This document shows positions 15,070 through 23,147 of a DNA stretch of 64,000 nucleotides, in pieces. Under the pieces are notes generated by a model that was given only the letters and a program-made list of their open reading frames with translations, did not search any database and was not told the DNA's origin. Positions within the stretch are counted from its first letter, which is position 1. Each line of letters opens with the position of its first letter. Position numbers and translations under genes: made by a program. The stretch covers positions 1-64,000 of the IMG/VR virus record IMGVR_UViG_3300042317_001568, one strand, 5' to 3'.

Positions 15070-15492
15070 ATGGCATCTATCTACACCGCCGTCCTCCTGA
15101 CCGAAGAGTCCCGCCAGAACCTGATCGCGTTCTACGGTCTCACGTCGTTCTACGCGGAGGGTTGGGTCATCAAGGCCCACCACATGACGATCGATACCAA
15201 GTCTGCGGATAAGGCCGGCGTCGCGGACTTGGTCGGCAAAGAGTTCACGATGGACGTGACCGCCGTCGGCAGGCTCATGGTGGACGACACCCGCGGCATC
15301 GTCGCCGTGACTGTCGAGACTGCGGCCCCGTCGAAAAACGCCATCAAGCACGTCACGGTGGCGCACGCGGATGGCGTCAAGCCTATGATGTCTAACAACA
15401 TCACCGACTGGCGGCCCGTCAAGCCGGGCACGCTCACGCTCACGGGCGTCGTGTGCATGCTTGAGTCGGCTCCCGTGCCGGCGAAGAGCTGA
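15070..15492 (+). CDS. 2H phosphoesterase (cyclic phosphodiesterase-like)
   Basis: Two H-x-T motifs (HHMTI, KHVTVA) with 2H spacing; AAGGAG RBS. Confidence 0.75.
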   Translation: MASIYTAVLLTEESRQNLIAFYGLTSFYAEGWVIKAHHMTIDTKSADKAGVADLVGKEFTMDVTAVGRLMVDDTRGIVAVTVETAAPSKNAIKHVTVAHADGVKPMMSNNITDWRPVKPGTLTLTGVVCMLESAPVPAKS

Positions 15493-15539
15493 ACACTCGC
15501 GGCGGCTTACAACGCCGCGCAGTAGGTCTGCATAGACCA

Positions 15540-15572
15540 GCCCCCAAACCGAAAGGTGCGGGGGCTTTTTTT
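15540..15572 (+). terminator. Intrinsic terminator
   Basis: GCCCCC..ACC-GAAA-GGT..GGGGGC followed by T7. Confidence 0.8.
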
Positions 15573-15586
15573 AGCTATCAGCGCGT

Positions 15587-15615
15587 GCTAAATATGGAAC
15601 AAATGCGCGGCATAT
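15587..15615 (+). promoter_or_regulatory. Bipartite promoter-like motif, copy 4
   Basis: GCTAAAT-N15-GGCATAT. Confidence 0.7.
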
Positions 15616-15805
15616 TGATTGTGCGCCAGTGATTTTTTGTTGGCGCGGGTTTGTTGACAACTGCAAAAGGACCTTGCGGTGTTTGAATTCTTTGACAACA
15701 TGTCGCTCAGCTCCTTGATGGCGTTCGCGTTAAGTACGTCATGGGTGCTTAGTTCTTTGTGTGAATTGTTCGAGGAGTAACGCTCTTTAAGAAGGGAGTC
15801 GTCCG

Positions 15806-16303
15806 GTGGATATTTTTCTAGACATAAAAAGGCAGCAAGAATACGCGAAACAGCTGGAAGACGGCGACAGGCGTAACGTGGAAGACTGGGCCCGCAACCA
15901 AGAGCGCCGTAATGAGGCAAAGCGCCGCGGCCTTTTTCAGCGCGATAAGCCCAAAGAGCGCCGCATTGCTATTTTTCAGCGCTGGCAAAAAATGCGTAAA
16001 GCGAGTGCCATCAAGCTGCGCGCCCCGGACGGCGACTCTAGGTTTTGTTTATGTAAATGCGGTCGGCCCAAGGCGTGCGCACAAACGCACTGCTACGACT
16101 GTCAGGACATGATGTTTATTGTCCGGCACAGGATACCAATGTCTGGCGCAGTAGAAGTCGAAAAGCGATATGGGCGAATATACGAAACGCCCCTGCTGCG
16201 CCACGACATCGACTACCGATCGTCTAGGTACGAGGACAGTGAGAACTTCGGTAGCCTCCACAATGTGATTCGGGCGATGGAAGACTCCCTAGCGTACGAT
16301 TAA
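15806..16303 (+). CDS. Hypothetical protein with a Cys cluster
   Basis: AAGGGAG RBS; CLCKC...CYDC. Confidence 0.65.
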   Translation: MDIFLDIKRQQEYAKQLEDGDRRNVEDWARNQERRNEAKRRGLFQRDKPKERRIAIFQRWQKMRKASAIKLRAPDGDSRFCLCKCGRPKACAQTHCYDCQDMMFIVRHRIPMSGAVEVEKRYGRIYETPLLRHDIDYRSSRYEDSENFGSLHNVIRAMEDSLAYD

Positions 16304-16305
16304 AC

Positions 16306-16387
16306 GCTAAATAGTCTCCAAAAGCCTGACATATACAGAAAATGCGGGTTTCTGCTGAGCTAAATATTCAGCAAAAACACGGCATAT
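16306..16387 (+). promoter_or_regulatory. Tandem bipartite promoter-like motifs, copies 5 and 6
   Basis: GCTAAAT-N15-GACATAT (16306-16334) and GCTAAAT-N15-GGCATAT (16359-16387). Confidence 0.7.
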
Positions 16388-16391
16388 CTAG

Positions 16392-17070
16392 TGCTCAGCG
16401 CGCTAGCTGTCGACGGCTACGCGCTAATTGACGTGAATTCGTTCTGAGCCTGCGCGGTGTACCATTGCTTGAACGGATGCTTCCGTGGTGATTCGAGCAG
16501 TGAGTAAAAGCTGCGCAGGCTTTTCCGTAAATACGTCCGCGGCAGGCAGTTAAGCCGCGTAGAAAACTGCCAATACACTCGACCTTCGCCTTGCGAGAAT
16601 GCGGCGAACAGAATCTGCCGTCACGGGCACCATCTTTGGTGGCTCGAAAGTTGGGCGATCATCGGCCCAAAGGCGGGATAGGACGCACACTATCCGCGCT
16701 ACGCGATTTGTAAATCCCAAAGTGGAAGGAGGAAATGTCGAATTCCCAAAGCAAGGAATTCCGTAGCAGGCTGTGTAAGACTGCGCAAAAAGCATTTCCA
16801 AGCGCCCCGGACCGCTAGCTCAAACACAACGACGCTAGAAGAGGGTTCGGTACCGGATGGGCCGGTCGTGATTCATAGCATAAACCTGCGTTTGTTACTT
16901 TGGTCGGCCAACCAAATAATAAACAAAGGCGCTACTGCAGTCGGTCGTACAACTGACTGTAGAGTAATCGCGTGACTGATGAGGATAGCAAACACGTAGT
17001 TGGGGAACTCGTAGCAGGTTAGCGTCTGCTGCGATGCTTCTTCCCAAAGGTGGTGCCCGTGACGGCAGTT
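16392..17070 (+). ncRNA. Candidate large structured ncRNA 2 (about 680 nt)
   Basis: No credible ORF; 25-bp long-range stem 16615-16639/17044-17068; many nested hairpins; tandem promoter motifs upstream. Confidence 0.65.
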
Positions 17071-17103
17071 GTTAGTTTAACCCCTAAGAAAGGATGGACT
17101 CTC

Positions 17104-17319
17104 ATGTTGTTTATTGGAATGCTCGGTGCGGTGTTCGTGCTCGGTGCGGTTGCTGGGACCATCAGCGACATGGTCAATACCGAAAAGCCTAAAATGGCCA
17201 CCACGTTTACTCGTGTTTCGACCAAGGTCACGAGCGGTATCGTCGACGTGGACCCGAATGGCAACATCATCAGGATCACCGACGCCTCCGGGCGCGTGGT
17301 CTATGAGGAGGGGGCTTAA
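17104..17319 (+). CDS. Small membrane-anchored protein
   Basis: AAGGA RBS; N-terminal TM segment. Confidence 0.7.
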   Translation: MLFIGMLGAVFVLGAVAGTISDMVNTEKPKMATTFTRVSTKVTSGIVDVDPNGNIIRITDASGRVVYEEGA

Positions 17320-17347
17320 CGCCCTTTCTTTTAGCTATCAGCGCCCA

Positions 17348-17376
17348 CCTAAATTAAACACAAAAGCCCGTCATAT
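17348..17376 (+). promoter_or_regulatory. Bipartite promoter-like motif, copy 7
   Basis: CCTAAAT-N15-GTCATAT after a terminator and TTTAGCTATCAGCGC. Confidence 0.6.
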
Positions 17377-17439
17377 TTATTGTTGTACGACATAGCTGCC
17401 AGTGTCGGCAGTTTATTTTCATCAAAGGAGGACCCGATC

Positions 17440-17886
17440 GTGTCAAAGACCGTTAAAAAAAAGCGCCCTGCTGAGTCGCTCCACGTACGCTATATGGGTG
17501 TCGATTCCCGTATCGCTGAAATTCGTGGCCACATCGTCAAAATGTGCGCTGCCATTGACGACATCGAGGCACGGCACAAGGAACACGGCGAAGTTCCCGA
17601 CGAGCACTTGTCGTGGTTGAACTCGTTTATCGATAACCTCGATGACACGATGTACCATCACAAGCTGATCTCCGTTAAAAAGCCGCCTAGCCATGGTGTT
17701 ATTGTCAAAAAGCGCACGGAATACTACGACCGCCGCTGGAAGAAACGGATGGCCATGCTCACCAAGTCGCTCAACACGATGTCGCGGAAAATCAAAAGCG
17801 CCTTCGATAACTTCCCGCCCGAAATCGAATCGCGGCTCACCGCGCTTGAGAGCACTGTCCCTGACATCGATAACAGTGATGACTGA
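17440..17886 (+). CDS. Hypothetical coiled-coil protein
   Basis: GGAGG RBS before GTG. Confidence 0.7.
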   Translation: MSKTVKKKRPAESLHVRYMGVDSRIAEIRGHIVKMCAAIDDIEARHKEHGEVPDEHLSWLNSFIDNLDDTMYHHKLISVKKPPSHGVIVKKRTEYYDRRWKKRMAMLTKSLNTMSRKIKSAFDNFPPEIESRLTALESTVPDIDNSDD

Positions 17887-17892
17887 TTTTTC

Positions 17893-17923
17893 GGGGGTGT
17901 GCAAACGCGCGCCCCCTTTTTTT
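17893..17923 (+). terminator. Intrinsic terminator
   Basis: GGGGGTGTGC-AAAC-GCGCGCCCCC followed by a T-run. Confidence 0.75.
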
Positions 17924-17974
17924 AACTATCAGCGCTCCGTTGCCATTCTATTCCCTTTTTGTCACAATATTCGT

Positions 17975-19048
17975 ATGCCATTCAAATCTGAAAAGCAGCG
18001 TCGTTTTCTCTGGGCCTCGCATCCCGATATAGCGAAGCGGTGGGCGCACGAATACCCCGAATCAAACAAAGGCCTGCCTATGTACGCGCACAAGAAGAAA
18101 GACGAGAAAGAGGCCGCATTAACAGCAATTCACAGTTACGTGAATAAACTTAACAATTTGTTAATATTGCCACATACCGTACAAAACAAGGCTTTTTCGA
18201 AAGTTGCCAATTCAAAGCAGACATATATTGAGATTCCCCACAGCGAAAAGCCAACGTACGCTGGGGAAGAACGGGAGAAAAACCCCGAACATCGCCCAGA
18301 CTTTGATGTCACGCAATCAGGCACAGAACAGCCTAAAAAACGCCAAGAAAACGCAATTAACTCGCTTCTCAAGAAGATCGCTTTGGTCGTAGGGCCCAAC
18401 ATCAGAAAGATAAAAGAAGAGCAAGACGCTGCGCTGGAAGGCCGCGAACCCGCCTACGTGCCGACAAACGCGGACGTAAAGCGCTATCCCGTCGCGACAA
18501 CGGGAATTATGCCGCCCATGGGCTCGCAACCACAGCCACAACAGCAAGCGCCGGTCAAGCAACCGCAGTCTCGCCCTTCTGCGCCCCCTGTCGGAAACGG
18601 TAGCAGCACGCAATCTCGTCCCATTCAGTCTTTAGGCGGCTTGTCTGTAAAAAACGAACTCACCGGAAACTCGGGTTCTGCTGGCGGACGTAATCCGGGC
18701 GCAGGTATCAAAACGTCAAGCAGTCCAGCGTGGCAACGAAGCGCTGGTAAAAATGACGAAGGCGGCTTAAACGCCAAAGGTCGCGCCAGCTACAACAACG
18801 CTACGGGCGGCAATCTCAAAGCCCCCGTGACCGAGTCCAGCCCCAAAGGCGATCGGGCAAAGCGCCAGAACTCATTTTGTTCGCGGATGTGCGGTATGAA
18901 AAAACATGAGACTGGCAGCAAGACCAAGAAAGACCCCGATTCCCGCATCAATAAAGCTTTGCGTAAATGGAACTGCAAGTGCAGCAGTGTCAATGGTCTA
19001 GTTGAAATGCTGCGTAATTCGCGTTTTGCCGGCCCCCAATCCCGATAA
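17975..19048 (+). CDS. Modular putative virion protein: MPFKS-type N-terminal module plus C-terminal module resembling DUF6321
   Basis: MPFKSEKQRRFLWASHPDIAKRW; AWQRSAGKN..GGLNAKGRASY..SFCSRM..DPDSRINKALRKWNC. The family name is from memory. Confidence 0.7.
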   Translation: MPFKSEKQRRFLWASHPDIAKRWAHEYPESNKGLPMYAHKKKDEKEAALTAIHSYVNKLNNLLILPHTVQNKAFSKVANSKQTYIEIPHSEKPTYAGEEREKNPEHRPDFDVTQSGTEQPKKRQENAINSLLKKIALVVGPNIRKIKEEQDAALEGREPAYVPTNADVKRYPVATTGIMPPMGSQPQPQQQAPVKQPQSRPSAPPVGNGSSTQSRPIQSLGGLSVKNELTGNSGSAGGRNPGAGIKTSSSPAWQRSAGKNDEGGLNAKGRASYNNATGGNLKAPVTESSPKGDRAKRQNSFCSRMCGMKKHETGSKTKKDPDSRINKALRKWNCKCSSVNGLVEMLRNSRFAGPQSR

Positions 19049-19120
19049 TTTGGTAATTGTTAACAATGCCTGTTATGTTAAATAGGCAAATACGGTAGCG
19101 ATTACCCCGAGGACCGCGTC

Positions 19121-19465
19121 ATGCGTTACTGGCTGGCATTCATTCTGAGCCTATTCGGCGCCCTAAGCTGGGCTGACGAACTAATCATCTTTCACATGCC
19201 CGGCTGCCGCCCCTGCGCGCAGCTTAAGCAGGTCCTAGACGAAAACCCTGAGCTTGTTCAGGGTTTTACTGTTTCACGCATTGATATTCTGGCGGATACC
19301 CAAAGCGCTGAGATATTTCGTGTCTCGTCTGTACCCACCGTGGTGCGACTAGACGCAAAAGACCGCGAAATCGCCCGCTCGGTTGGTTTCATGAACCGAA
19401 AAGAACTCGCCCACTGGCTTGATAATCCTTCGACGACCCGCAGTTTCCGTCGAACCCGCCGCTAA
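19121..19465 (+). CDS. Exported thioredoxin-like protein
   Basis: Signal peptide, CRPC motif, cis-Pro VPT. Confidence 0.85.
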   Translation: MRYWLAFILSLFGALSWADELIIFHMPGCRPCAQLKQVLDENPELVQGFTVSRIDILADTQSAEIFRVSSVPTVVRLDAKDREIARSVGFMNRKELAHWLDNPSTTRSFRRTRR

Positions 19466-19538
19466 TTACGTGCTCGTAACTGCATGGAAAGTGAGTAGAA
19501 CTGGCTTTATGTAAACACACTCTTGTTATAGGTGACCC

Positions 19539-20456
19539 ATGCATGGACGCATTTTCACGGTACTCCTACGTACCTTTTTCTTTTTTTTAGCTATTAGCGC
19601 TGGTGTAAACATCTGCGCCGGCACTCGTGACCCCAATACGCCAGACGCCCGATACCTCGAATTCGGACAAAAGTTCCCGAATGTGGTGAGCGTCAAAGCC
19701 CTGCGTGTTGAAGGCGTTGACGATATTATGCAAATTCAGGAGCTGGATTTAAGCCCTGATAGCAAAGAAAAAGGCATCAAAGTTTCTTTCCAATTCGGCT
19801 CGGCTGTCGTCATTCGGCCCAATTGGCTTCTGACCGCGGGGCATGTCGTCAAAGGCGCGCCGCTTGTGCTGGCTGTCACAGATGACAAGTCAGAGCACAA
19901 GCTGCACAAGATCATTGTCCACCCGCGCTTCGAAGACGAGGACTTTGGCTTTCACGATCTAGCGCTGTGCTACTCGGCTAAAGCATTTGAGATGGCGTTT
20001 TATCCTGAGCTGTACACCAAGCTGGACGAGGTTGGCGCGGCTATTACTATTGCTGGCTATGGCACGACCGGGACTTTCAATACTGGCGCAACTGGCGAAG
20101 ACCACCAAAAGCGTGGCGGCCATAACAGAATAGACTCCAGCGAGCGCACTATTCTTATCTGCACGCCCAGTATCCAGCACGATAAGTTTCCACTGGAGTT
20201 CATGATCGCCCCGGGAGATTCTGGCGGCGGTATGTTTATTGGTAACAAACTAGCTGGTATTAATTCGTTCCTAATGGCCCGGGATAAGAAACCTAATGGT
20301 TCTTACACGGACGAATCGGCTTTTACGCGAATTAGTCTGTACCACGAGTGGATTGAAGAACAGATTGCTTTGCACGAACTAGCCATTGCGAGCAAAAGCA
20401 CCATGGCGCCTGACTTGGACAAGATCACGCCGATTCTTACGGGAGTTGCGCCATGA
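19539..20456 (+). CDS. Exported trypsin-like serine protease (S1)
   Basis: LTAGHV, DLAL, GDSGG catalytic triad. Confidence 0.9.
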   Translation: MHGRIFTVLLRTFFFFLAISAGVNICAGTRDPNTPDARYLEFGQKFPNVVSVKALRVEGVDDIMQIQELDLSPDSKEKGIKVSFQFGSAVVIRPNWLLTAGHVVKGAPLVLAVTDDKSEHKLHKIIVHPRFEDEDFGFHDLALCYSAKAFEMAFYPELYTKLDEVGAAITIAGYGTTGTFNTGATGEDHQKRGGHNRIDSSERTILICTPSIQHDKFPLEFMIAPGDSGGGMFIGNKLAGINSFLMARDKKPNGSYTDESAFTRISLYHEWIEEQIALHELAIASKSTMAPDLDKITPILTGVAP

Positions 20457-21091
20457 AAAAGCCCGTCAAGCAGCTCGTATACGAACTTCGGCGCTGGGTG
20501 CACGCACCTAATGCAGTTTCAGCACAGGACATGCTGGACGAGGCTGCTGACAGGCTGGAAGAGCTTGCCCACGACAGCGACAAGTTCTGGCGCATGGCTG
20601 AACGCTGCAAAGAGAACTACATGGCGGCGACAAAAGAAAATGCGCAGTTTCGCCGGGCGCTGTACAGCCAGCCAGCGTTAATTCGTTTAGACGCCCCACA
20701 AGTAGCTGATTTGAACAAACTCATTGAACTTCACAACGACGCTCGGGCTAAGAAGAGCTGGTTTCGGCCACTGCGGGCATTGACCAAAAGCGCGGCCCTG
20801 ACTGAGTACGCCCAGCGCCACGCATTCAAGATGGCCGATGGCGGCTGGCTGCGGCACTCTTCTATGGACAATGTGCTCAAACTAGGATTTACAGCAGCCG
20901 GCGAGAATATTGCGTGGGGTCAGAATTCAGAAGAAAGCGTCTTAAATTCGTGGCTGTGGTCGTACGGGCACAGGGCCAATATTCTCAGCAGCAAATACGA
21001 CAGTATCGGCTGTGGCGCACGCAAAGATAAAGCTGGTCGGTTATACTGGTGCGTAGTGTTCGGCAAGTTAAAGCCGCAGTCCGCCAGTTAA
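20453..21091 (+). CDS. CAP/SCP domain protein
   Basis: HN-x-x-R...AQRHA...H...GENIAWGQ...GHRANIL...IGCG...YWCVVFG. Confidence 0.9.
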   Translation: MKKPVKQLVYELRRWVHAPNAVSAQDMLDEAADRLEELAHDSDKFWRMAERCKENYMAATKENAQFRRALYSQPALIRLDAPQVADLNKLIELHNDARAKKSWFRPLRALTKSAALTEYAQRHAFKMADGGWLRHSSMDNVLKLGFTAAGENIAWGQNSEESVLNSWLWSYGHRANILSSKYDSIGCGARKDKAGRLYWCVVFGKLKPQSAS

Positions 21092-21119
21092 TTTACGCCG
21101 ATTTAACGAGCTAGCGCCA

Positions 21120-21203
21120 ATGATGTACCGAGACATACCCCGGCTAATTCGGCTCGTGATTCTTTTTGGGATACTGGTCTGGCTTGTGGGGGCGACTCTA
21201 TGA
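21120..21203 (+). CDS. Possible 27-aa TM peptide coupled to the helicase start
   Basis: MMYRDIPRLIRLVILFGILVWLVGATL; ATGA overlap. Confidence 0.35.
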   Translation: MMYRDIPRLIRLVILFGILVWLVGATL

Positions 21204-23146
21204 CCACAGCAGCAGGTATGTTCTATGGCGGCAGCGCGCTAAACAAAGCAGCCGAACTCGTACCAGACGTCCAGTTACAAGACCACCAGCAGCGCATTGC
21301 AGACCGTATCTCGGGCGATGACCCCAGACTGCTTGTGTATCACGGACTGGGCTCTGGCAAGTCCCTGTCAGCTCTGGCAGCAGCTGAGAAAGCCCGCACA
21401 GAACAGGGCGGCGAATATGGCGTCGTCGTACCAGCCAGCCTCAAGGGCAACTTCGAGAAGGAGATCGCCAAGTTCACGCGCGACTCGAACCCGGAAGTCA
21501 TGAGCTACACGGGCTTGGGCATGGGCAAGGATTTTACGAATAATCCCGACACGCTGGTGATGGACGAAGCAGCTCGGCTAAGAAATCCCACAGCCGCGAG
21601 CACATCTGCCGCTATGCGCGCAGCCCAGAAAGCCAAAAGACTGGTCCTGCTCACAGGCACGCCGATCACCAATGAGCCGAGTGATATCGCCAGCTTGCTG
21701 TCTATGCTGCACAACAAACAAATCACGCCGCAGCAATTTGATCAGCAGTTTGTAAGCGAGAAGAAAGTTCGGCCGGGTATCTTAGCGTGGTTGCGTGGCA
21801 TAAAGCCCGGTATGAAGCCAGTTATCAAGAACGAAAGCAAGCTGCGCGCATTGCTAGAGGGCAAAGTCGATTACTTACCCAGCAAAACACCTGAAGGCGT
21901 AAACGTTAACGAAGAAGTCGTGCGTGTGCCGCTGTCAGCCGAACAGCAGCGTATCCAGAAGGCTATTCGGACCAAGATTCCGCCGGGCTTTCTCTGGAAA
22001 CTGGACCAAGAGTTCCCGCTGTCGCGCGATGAGCTGGCGAAACTAAACAGCTTTATGACTGGTCTGCGCCAAGTGAGTCTAAGTACACAGCCGTTTCGAG
22101 CTGACAAAGACATGTACCGCGCGTATTCTCAGTCCAGCAAATTACAGAAAGCCATGGCAGACTTGCAGGAGACGCTCAAGAGTGATCCGCGCAAGAAGGC
22201 TATTATCTACTCTAACTTCATTGACGCTGGATTAAATCCATATGCTGCGGCGTTAGAGAAGAACAAGATTCCCCACGCGTTCTTCCACGGCGGCATGCCC
22301 GTCAAAGCGCGTCAGCAGGCACTCAAGCAGTACAACGAAGGCAAGCTCAAGGCGCTCTTGCTCGGCCCCGCAGCAGCCGAAGGTATCTCGACTAAGGGCA
22401 CCAGTCTCATTCAGCTTCTGGACCCGCACTGGAACGAAGCACGCAGTCAGCAAGCTCGTGGTCGTGGTCTGCGCTTTGACTCCCACGAGGGCCTGCCCGA
22501 AGAGCTGCGCAACGTAGCTGTCCGGCGATATCTTAGCTCGTCAGAAAATCCGGGCATTGTTGGCAAATACTTGCTGGGCAGAAAGCGTGAACGCACCGGT
22601 GACGAAGTGCTGGAAAGACTCACGGCAGAGAAAGAACAGTTTAATGACGTGTTCCGCAACTTACTCCGCGAAGTCGGCAGCGAGAAGCAAAGTGACGAAG
22701 CGCCGCCAATAGCGAAAAAAAAGAAGCCGGTACCCGCGTTCACACCTGACTTTACGCCAGAACAGCTTGAAGAACTGGGCGTCTATAACTCGCTGTACCG
22801 CGGCATTGGCCCCCGTCTGGCTAGCTTGGGCGAATGGAAACCAGAGTGGGTGAATCCTGTCGACCCCAAAGGCTGGGCGCAGTGGTACAAGCGTTATTCT
22901 GGTGGCCGGAGATTAGGCGACGAAGATGAGCGTCAAATCAAGCGCTGGGCCAATTTTAAGTCCCGTCACGGCGGCCCATTTGTTAAAAAACCCACGCCTC
23001 GCCGCGGTTGGGCGCTGCAGAACTGGGGGATTGATCCTAGCCTGCTCGTTCCCGAAGAAGAATCTGATAAAATCAAAACCATGCTGCAGAACTATGCTGT
23101 TAAACAAACGGCAAAGCATGTAGCGAATACAACGCCGGAACAGTAA
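21200..23146 (+). CDS. SF2 (SNF2-like) helicase/ATPase with an extra C-terminal domain
   Basis: HGLGSGKS, MDEAA, LLTGTP, LLDPHWN, QARGRGLR. Confidence 0.88.
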   Translation: MTTAAGMFYGGSALNKAAELVPDVQLQDHQQRIADRISGDDPRLLVYHGLGSGKSLSALAAAEKARTEQGGEYGVVVPASLKGNFEKEIAKFTRDSNPEVMSYTGLGMGKDFTNNPDTLVMDEAARLRNPTAASTSAAMRAAQKAKRLVLLTGTPITNEPSDIASLLSMLHNKQITPQQFDQQFVSEKKVRPGILAWLRGIKPGMKPVIKNESKLRALLEGKVDYLPSKTPEGVNVNEEVVRVPLSAEQQRIQKAIRTKIPPGFLWKLDQEFPLSRDELAKLNSFMTGLRQVSLSTQPFRADKDMYRAYSQSSKLQKAMADLQETLKSDPRKKAIIYSNFIDAGLNPYAAALEKNKIPHAFFHGGMPVKARQQALKQYNEGKLKALLLGPAAAEGISTKGTSLIQLLDPHWNEARSQQARGRGLRFDSHEGLPEELRNVAVRRYLSSSENPGIVGKYLLGRKRERTGDEVLERLTAEKEQFNDVFRNLLREVGSEKQSDEAPPIAKKKKPVPAFTPDFTPEQLEELGVYNSLYRGIGPRLASLGEWKPEWVNPVDPKGWAQWYKRYSGGRRLGDEDERQIKRWANFKSRHGGPFVKKPTPRRGWALQNWGIDPSLLVPEEESDKIKTMLQNYAVKQTAKHVANTTPEQ

Positions 23147-23147
23147 A

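Noticed and set aside
13244-15366. Long minus-strand ORFs (13244-13825, 14254-15366) and similar ones elsewhere
   Set aside because: Antisense shadows of GC-rich + strand genes that have clear motifs.
16976-16995. Hammerhead ribozyme suggested by CTGATGAG (also CTGATGA at 12260)
   Set aside because: There is no stem II followed by GAAA and no correct stem I/III topology.
16615-17068. MITE or insertion sequence defined by the 25-bp inverted repeat
   Set aside because: No target-site duplication, no second copy and no transposase in the window. The G-U mismatch and internal folding favour RNA structure. Not fully excluded.
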